A model generated the notes under the pieces. It was not told where the DNA came from and ran no database searches. It saw nothing but the letters and a program-made list of their open reading frames with translations. The position numbers and the translations under genes were made by a program. Shown piece by piece: positions 30,494 through 39,269 of a stretch of 59,147 nucleotides of DNA. Numbering within the stretch: position 1 is the first letter of the stretch; each line of letters opens with the position of its first letter. Source of the DNA: an uncultured Candidatus Peribacteria bacterium (lineage in GTDB: Bacteria > Patescibacteriota > Gracilibacteria > UBA1369 > GWF2-33-10); assembly GCA_964511025.1 (NCBI GenBank), contig CAZEDK010000002.1, forward strand, positions 1-59,147, written 5' to 3'.

Positions 30494-31948
30494 TTAGTCC
30501 ATACCCTGTATGAAAAACTTTTCTAAATGCATAAAATAAGACATATGCTTAAACCTTAAATAAGCTATTGGCTGATACATTTTTAACAACATTCTCAACA
30601 TTCTTTTAGATGCCCTATGAATACCTGAAGGAAACGCAAGATAGCTTGTACAGTTTATGCTCTCCAAAATTTTATTTTCCCTGTCACTCATCCAGTGATT
30701 ATAGTATTTACCCCAACCAGTTGATTCCAATTGTGCCCATCTCTCAAGACAAGTTGGTTGAGTAAACCCATACTCAACAGCTTTTTGAAACATAGGGGTG
30801 CCTGGAAAAGGAGTGAAAATATTGAATGGGAACCATGCATTCTTATTTTTCTTGTATAATTCTACTGCTAAATTTACTGTTTTTTCTATTCCTTTGATTG
30901 TTTCCCCTGGGAAACCAATAATCATGTTATATTTTACTGCAAAAGTTCTTCCTACGAGTTTTTCATTGGCTAAAAGTATCTCCTCAATCTTGAATTTTTT
31001 ATCTATCATATCTAAAATCTCAGGATTAGCGGACTCAATCCCTATACTAAATTCAACACACCCACTGTCTTCAATTTTATCAAGAAGCTTCGAAGTCATT
31101 TTATTTACTGTTTCAACACGAACCCCCTGTGTCCCCCAATAAATTTTTAAATTAGCCTCTTTCAAAGCATCTACAAATCGTTCTACACGTTTTAAATCCA
31201 CCATAAAATTATCATCAACCAAATAGAACGTGCTAATGCCATATTTCCCTTTTAGAAACACCATGTTTTCAATAATCTTTTCAACAGTTATCGCCCTCCA
31301 TAGTCTTTTAGAAGTAATTGGAGTCGAACAAAATCCACAATTGTATGGACATCCTCGGCTGGTCAGAATATCAAGCGACGGTAGGTTATCTACAGAAAGT
31401 GAAGAATATTTTGGAATATCAAGAAGGCGATATGGAAACATGGGAAGAACGTTGAGGTCGTTGATAAGTGGTGCAGGTAGGTTGATTTTTATTTCTCCGT
31501 TATCCTTATATCCAATACCACCTATCTCTGCTAAATTCTTTTTTTCGGCAAATGCTTTAACTAATGCAAAAAAGGTCTCATCGCCTTCATTGATAACAAT
31601 AACATCAACCAAAGGTGATTCAAGAGTTTGTTTTGGCACTAGAGTTGGGTGTGGTCCCCCCCAAACAAGAGGGACATCTGGATTTATTAACCTTACTGCA
31701 TTTGCAACCTCTAAAGCACTATTAATCATTTTCCCTGTAAAACATCTTATTCCAACACAGAGTGTATTACAATCTATCGCATTTTTTAAGGTTTGTTGCC
31801 AATTACCGTCAATTCTTAAGTCTACTATCTTAATAGAAAATCCTGCCTTTTCTGGCAATGAAGCAATAGCCAAAAGACCATTCGGAACTCTGATTGCGAT
31901 TTCGTCAAACCGATTTCCTCCAGGTTGAACTAATACTATATCTGCCAT
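30494..31948 (-). CDS. Class B (B12-binding domain) radical SAM enzyme
   Basis: 484 aa. The N-terminal region is IVLVQPG...LLAIASL...VWGGPHPT, followed by LTSRGCPYNCGFCST (CX3CX2C). Confidence 0.85.
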   Translation of the reverse strand: MADIVLVQPGGNRFDEIAIRVPNGLLAIASLPEKAGFSIKIVDLRIDGNWQQTLKNAIDCNTLCVGIRCFTGKMINSALEVANAVRLINPDVPLVWGGPHPTLVPKQTLESPLVDVIVINEGDETFFALVKAFAEKKNLAEIGGIGYKDNGEIKINLPAPLINDLNVLPMFPYRLLDIPKYSSLSVDNLPSLDILTSRGCPYNCGFCSTPITSKRLWRAITVEKIIENMVFLKGKYGISTFYLVDDNFMVDLKRVERFVDALKEANLKIYWGTQGVRVETVNKMTSKLLDKIEDSGCVEFSIGIESANPEILDMIDKKFKIEEILLANEKLVGRTFAVKYNMIIGFPGETIKGIEKTVNLAVELYKKNKNAWFPFNIFTPFPGTPMFQKAVEYGFTQPTCLERWAQLESTGWGKYYNHWMSDRENKILESINCTSYLAFPSGIHRASKRMLRMLLKMYQPIAYLRFKHMSYFMHLEKFFIQGMD

Positions 31949-32095
31949 AATTTATCCTAAATTTATCCTATTACAAATGAGCCTTCAGAACTACAAAAGT
32001 GTTTAAAATGGGTGTCTGCAAAAATCATCGCAAGATTATATTGTTAAAAGTTTTCTGAGCAGTGTACTGGTACAAAAATGCATCATCAAAAAAGT

Positions 32096-33532
32096 TTATC
32101 TTGTATATTCTCCTCTAAGGAGGTTAAATAAGCCTAACCCCATTTTAAATTTCTGTAAAAACTCTGTTAAAGTTCTGATTTTTTTAAACTCATTAAACAT
32201 ATAACTCAATCTAAAATAAAACCTTTTTACAGATTTATCTCGCAATCTTATTAATTCCTCTTTCGATATCAGATTCTCTATTACATAAGGAATCTCAAAG
32301 GATGGAATGGGATTCATCGTAAAATCTAACCAATAATCTTCTGGGATAATTTTTTGTTTCAAAGCATTCTCGTAAGCTTCTGTACCGGGATATGGAATTG
32401 TTATAGAGAACTCAGCATAATCGGTATCCAGCTCAAGGGCAAATTCAATAGTTTTATGAGCATCTTCAGGCGTTTCTCCCGGTAATCCAAACATAAAATA
32501 CGTTAGTATAACAAACCTATATTTTTTAGTATGCTTAATTGCTTCCCTTACCTGATCTGTAGTAATATTCTTCTTTATTAATCTCAAAACCTTATCACTA
32601 CCTGATTCTACACCATAATGAATACGATAACAGCCTGCCTTTTTCAACTCAATTAAAACATCTTCTTTTGCCCGGTCAACCCTATCACGAATAGCCCAAT
32701 CTAAATCCAGTTTCTTATCTATGATACCTTGACAAATATCCTTTGTACGCCGATGGTTCCAGTTAAATGTATCATCATATATCTCCACTTCTTTTATTCC
32801 TAAGCTGTTAATAATCTCAAATTCTTTAATAACACTCTCTGCACTTCTCATAACAGGTTTTTGAAAATTTAGTTTACAATAAACACATCTAAAAGGACAT
32901 CCTCTACTGGTAATCATAGAAGTCACAAATCTATTATGGCTTAACACCGAGTAATACCTTTCCATCGGTAACAAGGTTCTATCAGGAATAGGTAAACTAT
33001 CCAGATCTTCGCATACATATGGTATATAATTTCCATATTCTACATTACGGAAATACACCCCCGGTATTTCTTTATTCTCATGGTTCTCTATGGAAAGATA
33101 ATTGAGAAGATTTACCATTGGAATTTCTCCATCACCAAGTATAATAGAGTCTATACAATCAAACGTAAGGGCTTCTTTTGGGAAAATATTGATGTGCGGA
33201 CCACCCATTGTAATATGACAGCCAGGATACCTCCCTTTAAGTTTCTTTGCTATTTCTAATGATTGGTACCAAAAATCTGTCCATGCACTAACACCAATAA
33301 CATCATATGAATCCTTTATAAATTCTAATATGTTCCCTCGATGGACATCGTCAAGCTGACAGTCAAGAATTTCAACATCATGGTCCGTCATCTCCTTAAT
33401 GGCAGTTGCAACATACAATAAACCAATAGGTGGTTTAAAACCAATTCCCTCATCCGTGTTATATATACTGAAAAGGGTTTTAATACAATCCCTATTTGAT
33501 GGTTGAATTAATAGTACTTTAAACCGTCGCAT
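32096..33532 (-). CDS. Class B (B12-binding domain) radical SAM enzyme
   Basis: 478 aa. The N-terminal region is VLLIQPS...IGLLYVATAIKE...VIGVSA...TMGGPHIN, followed by ITSRGCPFRCVYCKL (CX3CX2C). Confidence 0.85.
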   Translation of the reverse strand: MRRFKVLLIQPSNRDCIKTLFSIYNTDEGIGFKPPIGLLYVATAIKEMTDHDVEILDCQLDDVHRGNILEFIKDSYDVIGVSAWTDFWYQSLEIAKKLKGRYPGCHITMGGPHINIFPKEALTFDCIDSIILGDGEIPMVNLLNYLSIENHENKEIPGVYFRNVEYGNYIPYVCEDLDSLPIPDRTLLPMERYYSVLSHNRFVTSMITSRGCPFRCVYCKLNFQKPVMRSAESVIKEFEIINSLGIKEVEIYDDTFNWNHRRTKDICQGIIDKKLDLDWAIRDRVDRAKEDVLIELKKAGCYRIHYGVESGSDKVLRLIKKNITTDQVREAIKHTKKYRFVILTYFMFGLPGETPEDAHKTIEFALELDTDYAEFSITIPYPGTEAYENALKQKIIPEDYWLDFTMNPIPSFEIPYVIENLISKEELIRLRDKSVKRFYFRLSYMFNEFKKIRTLTEFLQKFKMGLGLFNLLRGEYTR

Positions 33533-33557
33533 ATATTCTTAAAATGATGATAACTTC

Positions 33558-34520
33558 TTACAATGTTTTTTCTTCGATAATACTTTCCACTAAATCAATA
33601 ATTCTGGCTTTACTAATATGGTGAAGAATAAAATCACACACAAAGCCAGTCAGAAAGATGCTTACGCCTACTATGCAAATAGTTGTTGATAAAGGCAAAA
33701 GCAAGGTAATTCTTGACATGTAATTATCACCCAAACCCAGAACAAAAAGAGTATGCCTGAACATAAGATAAAAAATCGTTGCGAAACTAGGCACTATAAG
33801 TAGTAATCCCAAAGCCCCAAAAAAATAAAGCGGACTGAATCTGTATTTATACATAAAAAGAATTGATAAAAGATCAAAGAGCCCCTGATAGCGGAATACT
33901 GAGTATTTTGAACCCCCGTGTTTACGCTTACAATGGGAAATTGGAAGTTCGGTGACTTTAAATCCCATAAAATGGGCTAATAGGGGAATAAAACGATGGT
34001 ATTGACCGTATACCAATATTTTTTTAACTACTTCTGCCCTATAAATCTTAAAGCCGCAATTGAAATCATGTAATTTAAGCCCGCCAAAGTACGAAACCAC
34101 TAAATTAAATAACCTTGAACCCAATACTCTAACCAAACTATCCTGCCTCTTCTGCTTCCAACCAGTTACAAGGTCATACCCCTCATTGAGTTTTTCGATC
34201 ATGATTGGTATATCTTCTGGTTTGTCTTGAAGGTCGCCATCAATTGTTATAACAATATTGTTTTTCGAGTAAAGAAAACCGGCCATAAGCGCTAATGCTT
34301 TACCATTATTCCTTCGCAAAAAAAGGCTTTTTACATAGGTTTTTTCTATACATAACTTCTTTAAAATTTCTTTTGATAAATCTCTGGAACCATCATTTAC
34401 GAAGAGAATTTCAAAGTCTTTACTCTTCCCCATAACTTCAAAGGTTTTATAAACTCTGTCACATAATTCTACCAGACTTTTTTCCTCATTATAAACAGGC
34501 ACAATTACAGTATATTCCAT
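33558..34520 (-). CDS. GtrB/ArnC-like GT2, polyprenyl-phosphate glycosyltransferase with C-terminal TM helices (copy 2)
   Basis: 320 aa. Motifs: TVIVPVYNEEKSL, LFVNDGSRD, TIDGDLQDKPEDIP, with hydrophobic C-terminal helices. It is a paralogue of 16645..17604. Confidence 0.8.
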   Translation of the reverse strand: MEYTVIVPVYNEEKSLVELCDRVYKTFEVMGKSKDFEILFVNDGSRDLSKEILKKLCIEKTYVKSLFLRRNNGKALALMAGFLYSKNNIVITIDGDLQDKPEDIPIMIEKLNEGYDLVTGWKQKRQDSLVRVLGSRLFNLVVSYFGGLKLHDFNCGFKIYRAEVVKKILVYGQYHRFIPLLAHFMGFKVTELPISHCKRKHGGSKYSVFRYQGLFDLLSILFMYKYRFSPLYFFGALGLLLIVPSFATIFYLMFRHTLFVLGLGDNYMSRITLLLPLSTTICIVGVSIFLTGFVCDFILHHISKARIIDLVESIIEEKTL

Positions 34521-34545
34521 TGTGTTATTCCTATGCTATACAACC

Positions 34546-37062
34546 TTAATTTGTTTGCCTTTGTATAAACGGAATATCCCATTTATACTTCTTAGCTATA
34601 AAAAATCCGAAAAAAAATAAAATCCATACCCCTATCGAAACATAAATTCCTAAATGGAAGGGGGTAGTATCAAAATACAAGTTAACCATATACTGACCAG
34701 AAGGCAATTTAACCCCTTTAAAAATACCATTCGCCTTTATAACTTCAAAAGCTTCTTTTTCTGTATTATCGAATGTTGGAATTAAAGCCCAATTCCATAT
34801 ATTTGCTTTTATATCAGTATGATTTCCTCCATCTGCTTTTGCTTTCCAGAAAGGATGCCATGCGTCTGCTATAACTAAAATATTCTCCTTATCACCGTAA
34901 TAATCAAAAACCAAAGAACCATAAGAGAATTTCTTCAAAGATATTCTGGAATGCCCTACACCTACTGGCATAAAATTACAATCTTTTTCATAAACGTAAG
35001 CAGTTCCCTGAACTGGATTTTCAGGCCATTGATTTTCCTTCAGTGTCTCTATTTTTTCTGCCAAATAATAATATGGCCAGGCGGAAAGATTTTTGTAAAC
35101 ATAAAGTTGTTTGTCTTTGAAAGCAAGTGATAAATAATCTGGAGTAATTGTAAGCTCGCGGTGAGTATAATAATAAGAGACTGCCCCCATATTAAGAAGT
35201 TCAGAGGATATTAAAGGGCCTCCACGCAACTCTCTCAAATCATTTATTCTTTTTATTCCATCACCATTAAAAACATTATAAGTAAATTCTGCTACATTTT
35301 TTTGACTGTAAGATTTATTATGTGAAATAGTCATAGTGGGTTGTTCAAAAAAGCTGGATATATATTCAAAATGTCCACCACCGTCCACTTCTTCCCAATT
35401 CTTCTTAAAAAATTCCAAGTTTTTTTCACTATCCGGCGTTTTTTCAAAAAACGCGTAAAAACGGTCTGTGGGTTGAAAATCCGGCAGAGTTTTGCCTCGC
35501 CATATTATTTCCCTCTCATTTAAAGGCTGTATCCCCCATGAAAACATAATGGCGTTAAGGATTAATACACCAGCAATAATCTTATTGTATTTAGATAAGA
35601 CTGATGAACCAAAACCCTTCTTTATAAATAGAAATATTAAAAATCCGCTTGTCATATAGAATATTAGAGAATACCAATGCATTGTCTCCTGTAAACGTTT
35701 AACATTAAATACCATACAATGCGCAACCAGTTCCTTAGAACTGATACTCTTCATAAAAATAGACACGAGAGCCGGCAGCAATTCAGGCACCAACATTGCA
35801 AGGATACTGAAAATTACCAGGACAAAATAAATAGTAAAAAGAATAATGGCTATTATTTTTTGAATTAATGCTCCACAACGAATTCTTATTTTAAAATCTT
35901 GTTTTGAAACTTCAGATAGAAATATCCCTAAAAGGCCAATTTGAAGGGATTGAGAAGCAGGAAACGATTCAATAAAATTGGCGTAAGAAACTGTAATTAA
36001 ATTCTCAAAAGGGGGAAAAGTTCTATATAAAAATTCATAAATATAAGTAATAATAATAAGCCATTTCGTTGCAAATTCCCAGAAGCTGGTTGACTTACGA
36101 AAAAGGAAGAATAGAAAGACAAGTGGAAAAATTATATAAGAGCTGAAGTGGCTCTCTGGCGGCAACAACTCACTTCTTACTAACAATGTTTGTTGGGAAG
36201 GGTACCATCCCATACAAATAAAATTAATTACATGATGGAACATCTGTACAACATTAACGATGCCCGCCTTTTCATATATATGGTCTCGAGTATATCCTAT
36301 GAGGTGTTTTTCTAAAAAAAAGGCATAGCAAATCCAAAACCCAAGTAAAACAGTTATTAGTGCTCCTAATGAATGTAAAAAAACGCTTTTGAGTAATACC
36401 CTCCTTAAAGAGTCTTTGTAATATATGTAGTAAATAATACAAAACAAAATACCTACAAAATTAAGTGTGGTAAAACAAACAACATTCCCACAAAACAATA
36501 CGAACCATAAGAGAAAAGAACATTGAAAAAGATGTAAAACCTTAGGTTTTTTAAAGTAATCATATAACAGCATTAAAAAGAGGGGTGTCGCAACAGAGAG
36601 CGCTATCGGGTTTCTAGTAGAAAAGGTTGATTGTAGTGAACCAAAAACAACAAGTGGGGCAAGAAAGCAGGTAATGTTGCCAAGCTTAGGCGCAACACGC
36701 TTTAAGAAATAATATTGAGATATTCCAGCAAATATAAGAAGTAAAAGCACTGAAGAGTTGTAAGCAAATACCTCGTGACCAATAATCTTTTGCCACAAAG
36801 TATAAATTGACCATGCATGAACCAATCCCGGTTCACCAAAAAATGTTGAAATACCAAATCCATGATCAGGTCTCCAGCCATTACCAATAGCATTTCCATG
36901 TGCATAGAAGAAAGCAACAATTCCATCCTCTATGCAAAGGAAGTTTGCGCCTAAGAACAATTTGTAATAACCTAAAAAAATAATTATAACAATGCAAAAG
37001 ATTGAAATAATATCTTTATTATCAAATACCAACTTTCTTAACCCACACTTTACACTGCTCAT
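34546..37062 (-). CDS. Very large polytopic membrane protein with a C-terminal soluble domain and a terminal TM; YfhO-like / GT-C candidate (partner of GtrB-like copy 2)
   Basis: 838 aa. There are many TM helices over about 520 aa, then a hydrophilic domain of about 270 aa, then a final hydrophobic helix (IYVSIGVWILFFFGFFIA). The size and architecture recall YfhO-type proteins, but the family is not verified. Confidence 0.55.
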   Translation of the reverse strand: MSSVKCGLRKLVFDNKDIISIFCIVIIIFLGYYKLFLGANFLCIEDGIVAFFYAHGNAIGNGWRPDHGFGISTFFGEPGLVHAWSIYTLWQKIIGHEVFAYNSSVLLLLIFAGISQYYFLKRVAPKLGNITCFLAPLVVFGSLQSTFSTRNPIALSVATPLFLMLLYDYFKKPKVLHLFQCSFLLWFVLFCGNVVCFTTLNFVGILFCIIYYIYYKDSLRRVLLKSVFLHSLGALITVLLGFWICYAFFLEKHLIGYTRDHIYEKAGIVNVVQMFHHVINFICMGWYPSQQTLLVRSELLPPESHFSSYIIFPLVFLFFLFRKSTSFWEFATKWLIIITYIYEFLYRTFPPFENLITVSYANFIESFPASQSLQIGLLGIFLSEVSKQDFKIRIRCGALIQKIIAIILFTIYFVLVIFSILAMLVPELLPALVSIFMKSISSKELVAHCMVFNVKRLQETMHWYSLIFYMTSGFLIFLFIKKGFGSSVLSKYNKIIAGVLILNAIMFSWGIQPLNEREIIWRGKTLPDFQPTDRFYAFFEKTPDSEKNLEFFKKNWEEVDGGGHFEYISSFFEQPTMTISHNKSYSQKNVAEFTYNVFNGDGIKRINDLRELRGGPLISSELLNMGAVSYYYTHRELTITPDYLSLAFKDKQLYVYKNLSAWPYYYLAEKIETLKENQWPENPVQGTAYVYEKDCNFMPVGVGHSRISLKKFSYGSLVFDYYGDKENILVIADAWHPFWKAKADGGNHTDIKANIWNWALIPTFDNTEKEAFEVIKANGIFKGVKLPSGQYMVNLYFDTTPFHLGIYVSIGVWILFFFGFFIAKKYKWDIPFIQRQTN

Positions 37063-37127
37063 GGTTGCCTATTTTCTTTAATTTCTAATTTCAAATCAGC
37101 GTTCACACAACGATTCGACAACAAATG

Positions 37128-39053
37128 TCACAAACCAACCGATACTTGCGGAAATTTTTCAAGCCATTTCCCAAAAACCATAAGGTTGAAAAGGATTCTG
37201 TAATTGTTCCTTTTACCTAGCAGATGCTGTTCTTTAAGATGCTCCATGTACAAAGGATCAACCAATCCATTATTCCATATCTTCGACAAGAGTATTTCGT
37301 CCATTTTGCTTCTCAAAACTGTTTTTAACCATCTGGCAAGGGGAAACGTAAATCCCTGCTTCTTTTGGTTATAAATCATTTTTTGAAAACCACGTTGATA
37401 GGCGACATATTTTAGAATTCTCTTGAGTTCACCTTTACTCGTTTTAAAGTAATCCGGAAGCTTATTTGCAAATTCAATGAGAGAAACAGAAAGAAAGGGA
37501 GACCTTACTTCTAGACTGTTTTGCATTGCCGAACGGTCAGTATGCAGACACACGAACTCTGGCAAAAAAAATTTTTGATAGAAATATAAAAACATTTGTG
37601 TCCGTGATCTACCCTCCATTCCTGAAAGCCCTCTTCTAAAATCTTCAAAAAGAGTCCCTTCTTCTCCCTTACGAGAAAAGAAGCCCGAATCCTGCCATGG
37701 GCAAAGCATTTGTAATTCTTCAGGAGAAATAGCTCCCAACCATAAAGGGAATCTTGTTGTCTCGTGTGCAGGAAAACCTTGTAAAAGTGATAATGCTCTA
37801 AACTGTAAACCCAAATACTTATCATTTCCAGGAAGAAGGTGTTTTACTAACTTGTTTACGCCCGATACAAAAAACTCAGGAATACTGTTAAAAAACCTTT
37901 CTTTTTCTAAAGCCAGGAAACTAACATATCCTGCAAATAACTCATCCGCCCCATCTCCAGCAATGGCTACTGTAATATCGGATCGGCAGGATTTTGCCAG
38001 AAAATAGGAATTTACAAAACCAGGGTCTCCATGCGGCTCGTCAAGAAAACTAAAAAAAACATCTATAGAATCTTGTATAGATTTAAAATTCATCAAATAG
38101 GCATTTCTTGTTTTTATCTTCAACTGGTCTGCAACAATTTTAGCCTTATCCCATTCATCAAAATCACTCTCACCCATTGAAACACTGAATGACGATATTT
38201 CTTGGTTAAATTTATGACATGAATCAAGCACTAGAGAACTATCAATCCCGCCGCTCAGAAAGACTCCGTAAGGAACATCTGATCTCATTGAAATTTCACA
38301 AGAACGGTCGAATAATCGCTGAAACTCTAAAGAAGCATCTTCAAAACTTATATTTAACAGGTTATTACCAGGAATTGAATCCCAATAGCGTTGTAGAGAT
38401 ACGCTTCCATTGTCTATTTCCAAATAACAACCGGGGAGCAACTTTTTCACGCCTACCAGAGGAGTTGTATCCCATATATAATATGAATTGGTTAAAAATT
38501 TCAGGAAAGTGTTTAGGTCAATCTGCCATTTAAAACATTCCAAAGCTAACAAGGCGCGTAGTTCAGAGGCATAAACTATACCTTCATCATATACATAATA
38601 ATAAAGTGGCTTTTGCCCAAGATGATCCCGAAAAAGATACTGTTTCTCTGAAATTGTATCATGAATTGCCACCGCAAACATCCCATCAAACTTTAAAAAA
38701 GCATCCTTACCCCAAAGCATAAAAGATGCAAGAAGAACCTCTGTATCCGAGGCAGTTCGAAATTTAAAGTTTTCATTTTCAAGCTGATGTCTTAATTCAA
38801 GATAATTGTATATTTCACCGTTAAAAGTAACGATATATCTTCCTTTTTCATCAATAAAAGGTTGATTAGCCTCTTCGCTAAGATCTATTATCTTTAGCCG
38901 CCGATGCCCCATATAAACATTATTAGAATACCACTCTCCCTGAGAATCTGGTCCTCTATGAACCATTGTTGAAAGCGCTCTCCTTGCATAGAGCATTTCC
39001 TCTTTTGTCAGATGAGACCCTTTATTTTTTATCCATCCAAAAATAGCGCACAT
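37128..39053 (-). CDS. asnB: AsnB-family glutamine-dependent amidotransferase (copy 2)
   Basis: 641 aa. Motifs: MCAIFG (Cys nucleophile), HRGPDS, and the PP-loop LSGGIDSS. Confidence 0.85.
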   Translation of the reverse strand: MCAIFGWIKNKGSHLTKEEMLYARRALSTMVHRGPDSQGEWYSNNVYMGHRRLKIIDLSEEANQPFIDEKGRYIVTFNGEIYNYLELRHQLENENFKFRTASDTEVLLASFMLWGKDAFLKFDGMFAVAIHDTISEKQYLFRDHLGQKPLYYYVYDEGIVYASELRALLALECFKWQIDLNTFLKFLTNSYYIWDTTPLVGVKKLLPGCYLEIDNGSVSLQRYWDSIPGNNLLNISFEDASLEFQRLFDRSCEISMRSDVPYGVFLSGGIDSSLVLDSCHKFNQEISSFSVSMGESDFDEWDKAKIVADQLKIKTRNAYLMNFKSIQDSIDVFFSFLDEPHGDPGFVNSYFLAKSCRSDITVAIAGDGADELFAGYVSFLALEKERFFNSIPEFFVSGVNKLVKHLLPGNDKYLGLQFRALSLLQGFPAHETTRFPLWLGAISPEELQMLCPWQDSGFFSRKGEEGTLFEDFRRGLSGMEGRSRTQMFLYFYQKFFLPEFVCLHTDRSAMQNSLEVRSPFLSVSLIEFANKLPDYFKTSKGELKRILKYVAYQRGFQKMIYNQKKQGFTFPLARWLKTVLRSKMDEILLSKIWNNGLVDPLYMEHLKEQHLLGKRNNYRILFNLMVFGKWLEKFPQVSVGL

Positions 39054-39121
39054 GCTTGTTAACCATTAAACATAAGTATATGTTTTAACCTGAAGACAAT
39101 TGATAGTAATATAGCTTTTTG

Positions 39122-39242
39122 TATTAAACAATTATGGTGATAAAGTAACAAACGTTTTATCTATTAAACAATTCTACGGACTGCTTAAATCTTTCAGGAA
39201 TTTTTATATCAATTACTTTTTTCCTAATCTTACGGTCTGCTT
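39122..39242. promoter_or_regulatory. Two pairs of short direct repeats in the 216-bp spacer upstream of asnB copy 2; possible operator or internal promoter region
   Basis: tattaaacaatt occurs at 39122-39133 and 39162-39173. tacggactgctt at 39175-39186 is repeated as tacggtctgctt at 39231-39242. Confidence 0.15.
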
Positions 39243-39269
39243 GGTGGGAAATTTTTTTTAAAATCATTA

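Noticed and set aside
31230-31928. 232-aa plus-strand ORF
   Set aside because: It lies entirely antisense to the class B radical SAM gene 30494..31948, which has clear motifs. The ORF is Ser/Pro/Ile-rich and low in complexity with no recognisable domain. It is an antisense shadow ORF of a kind common in AT-rich coding DNA.
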